Shown one piece after another: positions 38,578 through 46,883 of a stretch of DNA of 64,000 nt. The stretch comes from a virus (lineage: Duplodnaviria; Caudoviricetes). Numbering within the stretch: position 1 is the first letter of the stretch; the number at the start of each line of letters is the position of its first letter. The notes beneath the pieces are model-generated. The model ran no database searches and was not told the origin of the DNA. It saw only the letters and a program-made list of their open reading frames with translations. Made by a program: the position numbers and the translations under genes. The stretch is from the IMG/VR virus record IMGVR_UViG_3300030372_000386, positions 20,190-84,189 of that record; one strand, written 5' to 3'.

Positions 38578-38966
38578 AATAGATCCTCCAATGGCGTACC
38601 TCTAGGTATAAATTTACGATCACTAATTTCTACCCAATCTTTTTGTACACCGTATTGTTTCCATTCTTCGCCTTCCTTACCATCGTAATAAAGTACGGCA
38701 TCATCGAATCGACTAAACGCTAATATCTCGCTACCTTCCCATTGTTGTAGTACTATGTCATCGGTCAACGCATCGATACTTACGTGTTCGAAATCTGTAT
38801 CTAAATTATCGTGTTGTTTTTCGACTATTTCTCGCCACAGCCTATCGTACCACTCTACAACTCGCGTTGCTTGAGTCAACGTAGCCGAATACTGTAATAA
38901 AAATGAGCGGTGGTCGCCTGTTGCCGCGTTTGGGTAAACTCTAATTGTAAAATATTCGTTTCTCAT
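38574..38966 (-). CDS. Early hypothetical protein (paralogue family)
   Basis: Coupled ORF; shared motifs. Confidence 0.65.
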   Translation of the reverse strand: MRNEYFTIRVYPNAATGDHRSFLLQYSATLTQATRVVEWYDRLWREIVEKQHDNLDTDFEHVSIDALTDDIVLQQWEGSEILAFSRFDDAVLYYDGKEGEEWKQYGVQKDWVEISDRKFIPRGTPLEDLL

Positions 38967-39274
38967 ACTATCTCCTTAAATGGTTCTAATCCGTAGCCGC
39001 CGTGCGATGCACTGATATAACTGAAGAGTTCGCCTGTAGATAGGTTTTCTGCAACAATATGACCGTTATCCCAATAGAGATGAGTCTTATCATCCGTTAA
39101 CTCTAATATGCCGTACTCTAGATTTAAATCGTCAGCGATCTTTTCGAATTGTGTATATAAACTCCCGTACGTTTCGATAACATAAAACATCTGGTCTTTC
39201 GTACAGGATTGACAAAACGTGTGTCGATCACTACCGTCCTCGTTATAAATCGATAACCTATATAACTGTTCCAT
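38963..39274 (-). CDS. Early hypothetical protein (paralogue family)
   Basis: Coupled ORF; shared motifs. Confidence 0.65.
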   Translation of the reverse strand: MEQLYRLSIYNEDGSDRHTFCQSCTKDQMFYVIETYGSLYTQFEKIADDLNLEYGILELTDDKTHLYWDNGHIVAENLSTGELFSYISASHGGYGLEPFKEIV

Positions 39275-39507
39275 TACGCTGACTCCTCTATTAATGTTTT
39301 AGCACGTATTCCTACGCAAGTGCCGTCACCCTGTTCGTGCATCATTCTTATTAATGCGTTTAATGTAAACGCCATAGTCATTGCACATAGCCACGCATTT
39401 TCTTTACCTGCGTAAGCGGTCATATATTCCATAACTTCGTCGAGGGACTCTTTAGTATCGAAAAAATTATTTTCTTTTAGAACCACTGGTTCTTTTTTAT
39501 CGGACAT
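39274..39507 (-). CDS. Early hypothetical protein
   Basis: Follows promoter 39539-39570 and the RBS. Confidence 0.6.
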   Translation of the reverse strand: MSDKKEPVVLKENNFFDTKESLDEVMEYMTAYAGKENAWLCAMTMAFTLNALIRMMHEQGDGTCVGIRAKTLIEESA

Positions 39508-39538
39508 ATCTTTCTCCTTTCTTAGTTAATACTTATAT

Positions 39539-39570
39539 ATTATAAAGGTGGAACAAACGCGAATAAAGCA
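39539..39570 (-). promoter_or_regulatory. Early sigma70-like promoter
   Basis: TGC-TTTATT-17 nt-TATAAT. Confidence 0.75.
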
Positions 39571-39726
39571 GTACCACGAGCCGTTAGACATTATCCACTT
39601 CTACCGCTACGTCTTTAATTAACAACGCCATCGTTTCGTCAGAAAGACTCGCATTACCGAGCTGTCGTATAAATTCACCGTTTGGCTTATATACTGCTAT
39701 TTTTATCGAAATCTCAAAATCTTCCA

Positions 39727-40173
39727 TTAGCTTTCTCCTGTACTACCGAATCCGCCTTCGCCACGTTCCGTGGTATGGCTAAAATCGGATACTATCGAAA
39801 AATATACATGTTCGACTGGCATAATAACTAATTGAGCAATACGGTCTCCGCTTTCTACTATAAAGTTTTCGTCCCCATGGTTTTTAAGGTACACCATTAA
39901 CTCTCCTTGATAGTCAGAATCGATTAATCCTAATACGTTTGCGGGCATAATGCCTTTTATTCCTAAACCCGATCTAGGAACAATTAATCCGCAAAGCGTA
40001 TGGTCGCCGATATATATTCGGTAACCCATTGCAAATGGCATAGTTTCTCCAGGATGAATCACAGTATGTTCTAAGGCTCGTAAATCTAATCCCGCAGATC
40101 CTACGGTCGCGTACTGAGGAGCATGTAACTCCTCAGCACGTTTATCGGTAAATATAATTTCTATTTTTGTCAT
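39727..40173 (-). CDS. dut: Trimeric dUTPase
   Basis: AGLDL, PRSGLG, GLIDSDYQGEL, GDRIAQLV, RGEGGFGSTG (all five motifs). Confidence 0.96.
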   Translation of the reverse strand: MTKIEIIFTDKRAEELHAPQYATVGSAGLDLRALEHTVIHPGETMPFAMGYRIYIGDHTLCGLIVPRSGLGIKGIMPANVLGLIDSDYQGELMVYLKNHGDENFIVESGDRIAQLVIMPVEHVYFSIVSDFSHTTERGEGGFGSTGES

Positions 40174-40571
40174 AGTTCTTTAGTCCCGACTGTATGAAAA
40201 CCTTCGTTAGCATTGACGGTTTCGTTATACGCTTGGTTAACACCCTCTTCAGAATACTCACTAGAAAAATCCGTATCGTGCTCGACGATTTCCCAGTTTC
40301 GAATCCAATAGACGCCGTTGTCGCCTGGATCACCGAAGTTGCCGTAACATCCGACACCGAGTGATAACGTGCCGCCAATCGCGTTACCGATAACTTGTGT
40401 TAATCTAGCCATACAATACGTTGGATCGTCGCCTCGTATACCGAACTCTTTCGCGGCTTTCAAAAAGCCTTCTACGGTACTACGACTGCCGTTCCAATGA
40501 AGGTATATTGCTGGACATTGGTCTTTTTCTCTGTGTTTTTCATCAAACGCTATTACTGCTCTATTTCCCAT
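40170..40571 (-). CDS. Hypothetical protein
   Basis: MGNRAVI...IYLHWNG...GDNGVYWI; RBS GGAG. Confidence 0.65.
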   Translation of the reverse strand: MGNRAVIAFDEKHREKDQCPAIYLHWNGSRSTVEGFLKAAKEFGIRGDDPTYCMARLTQVIGNAIGGTLSLGVGCYGNFGDPGDNGVYWIRNWEIVEHDTDFSSEYSEEGVNQAYNETVNANEGFHTVGTKEL

Positions 40572-40665
40572 TTTTATCTCCTAAATAATACATTGTTATA
40601 ATAAGTATCGCCAATACGAAAAACGGGGCGATTACACCGATTAATGTCATAGTCTCTTCTGTCAT

Positions 40666-40941
40666 TTATATTCTCCCTTTTAGTGTTTCTTCTACGGCAA
40701 ATTTAACCCACTCAGACTCTCGCCTAGCTCGATCAATATCATCACCATAGAGGTTATGTAAAAATTCGTTAACGAGTGCATGTACCTCATTTAGATGTGG
40801 GTTATGTGGTCTGTCGCTTTCCGAGATCAAATCACATATATAATCTGTACAAGCGTTTTGTACTTCGTCAACTTCGTTAAATAATAATTTGCAGACTTTT
40901 TCGCCGACTAAGTCTTTAACGGTCTCAATAGGTTTGCTCAT
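40666..40941 (-). CDS. Early hypothetical protein
   Basis: Coupled ORF. Confidence 0.55.
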   Translation of the reverse strand: MSKPIETVKDLVGEKVCKLLFNEVDEVQNACTDYICDLISESDRPHNPHLNEVHALVNEFLHNLYGDDIDRARRESEWVKFAVEETLKGRI

Positions 40942-41168
40942 AACGCCTCCGTCCCTTCTGGGGTAATTGGTATTATTTGTAATGCCAAACCTTCTTTTGT
41001 GCCGAACAAACTTATTTTAAACTCTTCTTCGTGATTTTGCCAATCGCGGTGAGTTATTATAATTTTGCCGACGTAGGTGTCATCTGTTCCCTGACGATCA
41101 TAGTCTAAAGGGTACGGGTCGTCCCATCGAACGTCTGTTACTTTATGTAAACTTACATCTACACTCAT
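40938..41168 (-). CDS. Early hypothetical protein (start MSVDV after RBS)
   Basis: AGAAAGGAGAAAG RBS precedes the Met at 41168. Confidence 0.55.
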   Translation of the reverse strand: MSVDVSLHKVTDVRWDDPYPLDYDRQGTDDTYVGKIIITHRDWQNHEEEFKISLFGTKEGLALQIIPITPEGTEAL

Positions 41169-41200
41169 ATCTTTCTCCTTTCTAGTTAATAACATATACT

Positions 41201-41232
41201 ACTTTACTTTACAAAGTAGCCAAAGTAAAGCA
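41201..41232 (-). promoter_or_regulatory. Early promoter
   Basis: TGC-TTTACT-17 nt-TAAAGT. Confidence 0.7.
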
Positions 41233-41436
41233 CTAACGCGAACGCTTTGATTCTATTAGCTTTTTCATAGAACGATAAACAGCACGACCACCTTTCGGAT
41301 CTTGAAAGATACGCTCTAAACGTTTTTCATTACCCTCGTGGTCTTTGATAATTTGTTGTACTGGTTTTGAATCACTCCAATCAACATCTTGTTCTTTTAA
41401 CATTCTACGTATTTGTTTTGCTTTTTTAGAATTCAT
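41233..41436 (-). CDS. Small basic hypothetical protein
   Basis: MNSKKAKQIRR; RBS GGGAG. Confidence 0.6.
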   Translation of the reverse strand: MNSKKAKQIRRMLKEQDVDWSDSKPVQQIIKDHEGNEKRLERIFQDPKGGRAVYRSMKKLIESKRSR

Positions 41437-41533
41437 TATTTCTCCCGAGTAAAAAAGTGGCGAGGGGTTGGCTGCATTTCTTTAGCCCTCATTAAGTGTT
41501 CGTTGTCGACTCTGCCAGAACACACCACTATTC

Positions 41534-41749
41534 TTATTTCTCCTTAATTATTTTGTAACCTAAATCTTCTTGGTAATTATATGTATCACTTCCATTTACC
41601 AATCCGTCACATTCAGTACAAATTTGTAACATATCTAAATCTTGTTCTTTTTGCATAACTTCCCAACCTTTGTTGCAATTAGAACAGTTTTCTACAACTG
41701 TAAAGACTTCATCTTCTGTCTTAACTTTCATACCTGTTATATATATCAT
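41534..41749 (-). CDS. Small Zn-ribbon protein (CSNC...CTEC)
   Basis: Two CxxC pairs. Confidence 0.55.
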   Translation of the reverse strand: MIYITGMKVKTEDEVFTVVENCSNCNKGWEVMQKEQDLDMLQICTECDGLVNGSDTYNYQEDLGYKIIKEK

Positions 41750-41985
41750 TTCTTTCCTATATATTTGACTTGGTCAGTAGGTATTACCTGATACCCTCCT
41801 TTATTATACGCGACTGCAATAGTGTAATTTTTACTGACTTCTTGCTGGTATGACGTATCTTCAACAACCATAGGTTTATTGGTTATCAACGACGGGTATT
41901 TCTCACGATGCGCTCTATCCTGATCAGCTATGTCTTTACAACGGTCACGATTAGCAACGTCAAGCTTTCCGTAAATCTTTCTCAT
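41746..41985 (-). CDS. Hypothetical protein with TIAVAYNKGGYQVI motif
   Basis: Own promoter and RBS. Confidence 0.6.
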   Translation of the reverse strand: MRKIYGKLDVANRDRCKDIADQDRAHREKYPSLITNKPMVVEDTSYQQEVSKNYTIAVAYNKGGYQVIPTDQVKYIGKK

Positions 41986-42016
41986 ATCTTTCTCCTTTCT
42001 TAGTTAGTACCTATAT

Positions 42017-42046
42017 ATTATATAAAGGGAACAACGCGGAAAAAAG
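42017..42046 (-). promoter_or_regulatory. Early promoter
   Basis: TGCTTTTTT...TATAAT. Confidence 0.7.
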
Positions 42047-42164
42047 CAGTGCTGAGAGCGGTAAACTAAACCCAAATTATTAAGGGTGACCTCCCCCTCT
42101 CTCAGCTTTGCTAACCATTGCACCTGCTATACGCACAATGTTATATTAGGAGGTTCTTAGGAAA

Positions 42165-42512
42165 TCAAATATATCCTGCTAACTCCATTCCTGGTTCGTC
42201 ATAAAATGCAGTGATAATTGCGTCAGGATAGAGTTCTCTTAGTTTTAAGATAACTCCTTCTGGTGGACCCCATGCAGTATTAAAAGTATATTCTACTTGG
42301 TCGTCCTCCAAAATAGTAACTTCACAATCGGAACTATTCCATTTAGTCCCCCAGTTTTGTTCAAAAGTAGGCTCTACTTCGATTTTATCGTAATCAGGTT
42401 CAGGTAAAATTTTTGCAAAATCAAAAGGTGTCTCTTCCGACTGAATTTTATTAGCAATTTCTTCAGCATTTACGCCGTGAATCTCTACTCTGTTAAAACA
42501 CCAATTAGGCAT
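42165..42512 (-). CDS. DUF1281/YubB ferredoxin-like family protein
   Basis: MPNWCFNRVEI, FDFAKILPEP, NWGTKWN, FNTAWGPP, YDEPGM. Confidence 0.75.
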   Translation of the reverse strand: MPNWCFNRVEIHGVNAEEIANKIQSEETPFDFAKILPEPDYDKIEVEPTFEQNWGTKWNSSDCEVTILEDDQVEYTFNTAWGPPEGVILKLRELYPDAIITAFYDEPGMELAGYI

Positions 42513-42654
42513 TACTACCTCCTCGTAACTGTAGTATTCGCATAGGAATAACTGTCATAGCGTTACAATCATCACAACATCTACCTGTCGCCGCAGGCTC
42601 CGCATTATTGCCGTAGGGATCACCTATCGGCTGGTTACACAATACACATTGCAT
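42505..42654 (-). CDS. Small Cys-rich Zn-finger protein, 49 aa (not in ORF track)
   Basis: Hand-translated MQCVLC...GNNAEP...GRCCDDCN; RBS AAGGAGAG. Confidence 0.6.
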   Translation of the reverse strand: MQCVLCNQPIGDPYGNNAEPAATGRCCDDCNAMTVIPMRILQLRGGSNA

Positions 42655-42808
42655 ATCTACTCTCCTTTCTTATTAGTTAATAAAAGCGAATGTAGTGTGC
42701 TGGTATCTTAAATTAGTAGATAGAAGATTATCCAATCACACTACACTCTAGTTATACTTATGGTTTCCTATACAGGGTAACTTCCAAAAGGTTTACTAAC
42801 CTAGTACT

Positions 42809-42840
42809 ACTTTACTTTAGACTTACGCCAGAGTAAAGCA
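42809..42840 (-). promoter_or_regulatory. Early promoter
   Basis: TGC-TTTACT-17 nt-TAAAGT. Confidence 0.7.
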
Positions 42841-42918
42841 GCTTTACGACGACGCGAGGGCTTCACTAAGCCATTGGCTTCTATAGGGCAATCCTCACGC
42901 CATTGTTCTTCTAGTTTT

Positions 42919-43086
42919 TTAAGATCCATTTTTGTTTACTAACTCCTCAATCTCATCATATATGATGTTAGTTAATACTGGGTCAGGTATTTCAGTTTCA
43001 TTTAATTGTTTTGCTAAATGGCGGGCGATTGTCTCGATTCTGAGAGTGACCACAGTGCCATCAGATTTTGTTACTTGTATGTCCAT
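42919..43086 (-). CDS. Small hypothetical protein, 55 aa (not in ORF track)
   Basis: Hand-translated MDIQVTKSDG...; RBS GGGAG. Confidence 0.5.
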   Translation of the reverse strand: MDIQVTKSDGTVVTLRIETIARHLAKQLNETEIPDPVLTNIIYDEIEELVNKNGS

Positions 43087-43146
43087 AATTCTCCCTAATA
43101 GTTGTGCCCCTTTGAGTTATAGAGTAGGGGCAACACTCCAGTAAGT

Positions 43147-43542
43147 TTACTTCACTTCTTCAAAATATCCTTCATCAATAAGACGTTTTCTGTAGAATCT
43201 AAAAATTCTAAGAGGATCTTGTCTTGTTGACAAAAAGCCATTTTTTACTGCAAGTGCAACACAATCTTGGGCTGTAAAGCCAGAAGAGTCGAGCTCCTCT
43301 TTCTTCGCATCCGCAACTGTATCTACTAAAGCAAGTAACTGAGATGTAGTTTTATCTACGTTTTCAGGATACTTGTTCGTATATTTATATAATTTACGAG
43401 CTGATCCTTTCCCAGTCGTAGTAGGCTCAGGAACCATGCCTAACTTACTTCCGTTAGTCTTAGCTTTCGCTTTGACTGGAGCTTTAGCTTTCGCAACTTT
43501 TTTGCTAGTTTTGACGCTAGCGGCAGATAATGCTTGTGCCAT
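43147..43542 (-). CDS. Basic N-terminus plus putative winged-helix DNA-binding protein
   Basis: Start MAQAL after AGAAAGGAG; C-terminal TRQDPLRIFRFYRKRL. Confidence 0.55.
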   Translation of the reverse strand: MAQALSAASVKTSKKVAKAKAPVKAKAKTNGSKLGMVPEPTTTGKGSARKLYKYTNKYPENVDKTTSQLLALVDTVADAKKEELDSSGFTAQDCVALAVKNGFLSTRQDPLRIFRFYRKRLIDEGYFEEVK

Positions 43543-43617
43543 TATATTCTCCTTTCTTCTTTCTACACACACATCTTTCGATGCAACCTGTCTACCTTGT
43601 AGTAGAACATAGTAAGT

Positions 43618-43649
43618 ACTTTACTTCAGAATAACCTGAGAGTAAAGCA
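43618..43649 (-). promoter_or_regulatory. Early promoter
   Basis: TGC-TTTACT-17 nt-TAAAGT. Confidence 0.7.
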
Positions 43650-43871
43650 CTAAACCGAACGTTTATCAAACTCAGGATCTTGGGTGATATATTCACTTTT
43701 TGGACCATGTAGACGTTCATTACCAATAGCTATCGCTTCTTTTAGCTCTATTGTCATATCTTCTGGTCGAATACATTCAACCGTTTCTATCAACATAGAG
43801 TCGAGAGCCTCGCGTAAATCATTGATCTCGGATAAAAGTTTTATCTTTAACAAAGTTTCTGTTTCAGACAT
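43650..43871 (-). CDS. Hypothetical protein
   Basis: Coupled ORF. Confidence 0.55.
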   Translation of the reverse strand: MSETETLLKIKLLSEINDLREALDSMLIETVECIRPEDMTIELKEAIAIGNERLHGPKSEYITQDPEFDKRSV

Positions 43872-44179
43872 TACTCAGTTCTCCATACTCGAACACCTGA
43901 TATCTCGTTTTCTAATCTTGTGCGTAATATATATTTACGTTCAGGATCTTGACGCTTACCAAAAGTTCTTGAAGCTTGTGATAATCTGTTTTTTAATCGA
44001 TCACCATTATCACCCGCCGCAACTTGTACAAAAAACGAATCACCTACTTCCATATTACCAAATGGATATTTAACATTCGCTCTTCTATCCTCTGGTAAAG
44101 GAATCCCTATATCTATAGTGACTCCTGTTTCTTTATCAACAATAAAATCATTAGATTTATTTATCTCTATTTCAGCCAT
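43871..44179 (-). CDS. Small putative DNA-binding protein (KYPFxxMEVGDSFFV family)
   Basis: IDIGIPLP...KYPFGNMEVGDSFFV...GVRVWR. Confidence 0.65.
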   Translation of the reverse strand: MAEIEINKSNDFIVDKETGVTIDIGIPLPEDRRANVKYPFGNMEVGDSFFVQVAAGDNGDRLKNRLSQASRTFGKRQDPERKYILRTRLENEISGVRVWRTE

Positions 44180-44421
44180 TAATTTAACTCCTTATCATTT
44201 GTAGGAACAACGTGTAATATATTTCGTTCTTCCATATAGTTTTTCCAAAACATCAGGATAAGGGATGGATCATCCACCCCTATAAGTTCCTGACAACCTT
44301 GAGCTATCATCGTATCTGATACTACACGAGCCAGTTCGTCATGTCCTGACTCGTATAATGCCGACCAGACCATACCCAATACATCCGCGTCCAGCGTGTA
44401 TTTATTAGGGTTATCTGCCAT
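44179..44421 (-). CDS. Hypothetical protein
   Basis: Coupled ORF. Confidence 0.55.
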   Translation of the reverse strand: MADNPNKYTLDADVLGMVWSALYESGHDELARVVSDTMIAQGCQELIGVDDPSLILMFWKNYMEERNILHVVPTNDKELN

Positions 44422-45455
44422 TAAGCCACCTTCGCGTATTTAACAGCAAGGTCAAGGGCTTTCGATTTACGAAGTGCTCCTGCACCGAACCACGCACTAT
44501 GTAGCGCATTACCTTCTGTATGAGACTCGCGTAAGTGATCCTCAACATATGTAACTGCATTTAGTGCGCCCCACCATGTACCTTTAGAAGACTTCAGGTT
44601 TGCACCTGGTTGCTGCTCAAGAGCATCAACTACAAGTCTAGGATAGGCGTTAAACCTATCGACCAAAGGATCAAGTTGACCAACAACTTTCCCTTGTTCT
44701 TTTAGTTTCAGCTCGTGCCGATACTCTTCGAAAGTAGTGGGTTGGTATAGCTCAGTAATAAACTCAAGCACGTTAGAGTGTTTAGCTTTCTGTTTAGAAA
44801 GATACTCAGCCGCTTGTTTAAACTCAGCCATTCTGCCTGCAGATAGTCCTAACGCCTCTTCAGCACTTTGCATAACATCGTCATCAAAGGCTTTTATATG
44901 AGGCATGCGGAAAGATGCTGTGCCCCCCAGACCTAGAGCAAATGTAAGCGTGTTGTTACATACAACTCTAATAGGCGTAAGCTTGATAGTCATCGATCTA
45001 CCTACAACGTGTGGTTGGTTAAAAAGAAGATAACCTTTAATCTCGTCACCACCTGCGAGCTCAAAGTCTTCAGAGATTTTAGCTAACCCCCAAACTTCTT
45101 TTCCGTCTTTTAAACTACCTGCAGTTTCCATGGTCATGTGACCAGCTTCTGTAAAGCGTTTAAAAAACTTAAATACATCCTCATTTTGGATCGGAACGTA
45201 GTCGTTACCGCAATGACTTAGTACTTGGTTATCAGAGTCACGAACAATGTGGAATGTATTAGGTGCTTGTATAAGCCCCACATCTTCGCTCCATTCAGGC
45301 GCGTCTAGCGTATAACTAGGACGTTTACTAACAGTCCAGTCAAGCTTTGCCGCTTCCTGCATTTGTAATGGCGTTAGGTCGTTAGATACCTCGACACCCA
45401 ATCCGTGCCAAGGCTTATCTCCCGTCCAAGCCATAGTTTCTACTTCATGTGCCAT
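44421..45455 (-). CDS. DUF932 family phage/plasmid protein
   Basis: MAHEVETMAW...PWHGLG, LDWTV, Y.PIQN, ETAGSL..GK.VW, TPIRVVCNNTL, GTWWGALNAVT. Confidence 0.88.
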   Translation of the reverse strand: MAHEVETMAWTGDKPWHGLGVEVSNDLTPLQMQEAAKLDWTVSKRPSYTLDAPEWSEDVGLIQAPNTFHIVRDSDNQVLSHCGNDYVPIQNEDVFKFFKRFTEAGHMTMETAGSLKDGKEVWGLAKISEDFELAGGDEIKGYLLFNQPHVVGRSMTIKLTPIRVVCNNTLTFALGLGGTASFRMPHIKAFDDDVMQSAEEALGLSAGRMAEFKQAAEYLSKQKAKHSNVLEFITELYQPTTFEEYRHELKLKEQGKVVGQLDPLVDRFNAYPRLVVDALEQQPGANLKSSKGTWWGALNAVTYVEDHLRESHTEGNALHSAWFGAGALRKSKALDLAVKYAKVA

Positions 45456-45511
45456 ATATTTCTCCTTTCTTATTGCACGTTAATGATCGTAGCTGTTAAG
45501 CTACGCCGTAT

Positions 45512-45543
45512 ATTAAATAGTACACGGCTACGAAAGTAAAGCA
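45512..45543 (-). promoter_or_regulatory. Early promoter
   Basis: TGC-TTTACT-17 nt-TTTAAT. Confidence 0.7.
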
Positions 45544-45917
45544 GTATAAAGAGCGTCCCATTCGTAAGGAATATCTAGAGTTAACAGACTATCAGATTTA
45601 TAACCATTTTTAACGAGTTCTTGAGCACGTTCGATACCATCGATATGGTAGAGCTTCATTTGATTGTTTTTCCGAGCGAGTACGAACACCTGACCGCCGT
45701 GCATTGCACGTTTAGAAAGCCAAGCGACTTGCATTGGACGTAGAGTGAGTGAGTTACCTGAGTGAACTTCTTTAAGCTCAATCCAAAACTCTTTGCCCTT
45801 AACACAGCCATTAACGTCAGGTACACCAGAGCCTGTAATACCTGTCTCTATACGTTGCCAATGTACTTGTTTTATATTGTCTCTAAGTAGAGCCCACAGA
45901 TTTTTTTCTTTTGGCAT
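45528..45917 (-). CDS. VRR-NUC / Holliday-junction-resolvase-like nuclease
   Basis: RIET...GVPDVNG...FWIELK...LRPMQVAW. Confidence 0.8.
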   Translation of the reverse strand: MPKEKNLWALLRDNIKQVHWQRIETGITGSGVPDVNGCVKGKEFWIELKEVHSGNSLTLRPMQVAWLSKRAMHGGQVFVLARKNNQMKLYHIDGIERAQELVKNGYKSDSLLTLDIPYEWDALYTALLS

Positions 45918-46542
45918 AATCTAATACTTCCGAAATTAATTTACCACTTTTCGTTCTTGATGGTGACATAGTAAAAAAGCCTTGATCTTCTGCTTCTACT
46001 TCGGTTATTTTTACAACTTTAGGAACCTCTCCTCTTTTTTCTTTATGATATCGCTCCATCTTGTCTGTCCAATTATGATAACGAACACTGGTTAATTGTG
46101 GTAAACCTTTTTTCTTTCTATGATAGTTTCTTATACTTTTTGCCTCCCAATACTCTCTACCACTGTGTTTAGCTTGAGTTCTCCTTTCGTATCTAGCTAT
46201 TGATAAAGCGTATTCACTACGTAATAACATATGTAAATCTTCTGTATCTTCTTGTACATAAGCTGTATAACCACCGTTAGCATCGTACGCACAATCAGCG
46301 TAAAATTCAGCTTGAGCTAATATATCAGGATCGACATAGTATTCTCCATAACTATTAGGTTGTTCTATAAAACGATGTTCAGTAAGGTCAGTAATACTGT
46401 ATGGGTTTTTACGAGAATCATATTCATGTTGTCGTTTACATTCTTTACTACAAAATAATTCTGTCTTTTTAACATAGAAAAATTCTTCATAACATTGCCC
46501 ACATATACGTGCAGTATCTGCTCTAACCTCGTACTCGAACAT
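45883..46542 (-). CDS. Hypothetical protein with N-terminal CxxC...CSKEC Zn finger
   Basis: Start MFEYEV overlaps the upstream stop (TGATG). Confidence 0.55.
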   Translation of the reverse strand: MFEYEVRADTARICGQCYEEFFYVKKTELFCSKECKRQHEYDSRKNPYSITDLTEHRFIEQPNSYGEYYVDPDILAQAEFYADCAYDANGGYTAYVQEDTEDLHMLLRSEYALSIARYERRTQAKHSGREYWEAKSIRNYHRKKKGLPQLTSVRYHNWTDKMERYHKEKRGEVPKVVKITEVEAEDQGFFTMSPSRTKSGKLISEVLDYAKRKKSVGST

Positions 46543-46883
46543 CAGAACATATCCCATCCTGTATGCGGAGCTACTTTTTTATTATTATTTATGACTCGTA
46601 CTTCATTAGACTCGAGCCAGTCAGTAAAAGCTAATCCAGCTTGTTTTTTATCTCCGTAAGTAGAGTAGAACTCAGACCATTTATCTCTAGCTATTTTGAC
46701 ACCATAGTAATAATCGCCCTTACCTAATTTACATCTAGTTATTATTTGCCACATACGTTGTTTCGTAAGGTCATATTCCTCACCTAATTTTTCTAAAGTG
46801 CAATCTTCTTCTAACCATTTATCGTAAATTTTTCTATACCTCAAAGCATTTTCATCTGCTTTTTGTTTTGAGATTCCTCTCAT
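46542..46883 (-). CDS. HTH protein (sigma region 4-like)
   Basis: TLEKLGEEYDLTKQRMWQII. Confidence 0.65.
   Translation of the reverse strand: MRGISKQKADENALRYRKIYDKWLEEDCTLEKLGEEYDLTKQRMWQIITRCKLGKGDYYYGVKIARDKWSEFYSTYGDKKQAGLAFTDWLESNEVRVINNNKKVAPHTGWDMF

Noticed and set aside
41451-42160. Structured elements as tRNA or hammerhead ribozyme
   Set aside because: No T-loop, anticodon arm or CCA. CTTAATGAG and CTGAGAG only resemble CUGANGA, and the GAAA core is missing.
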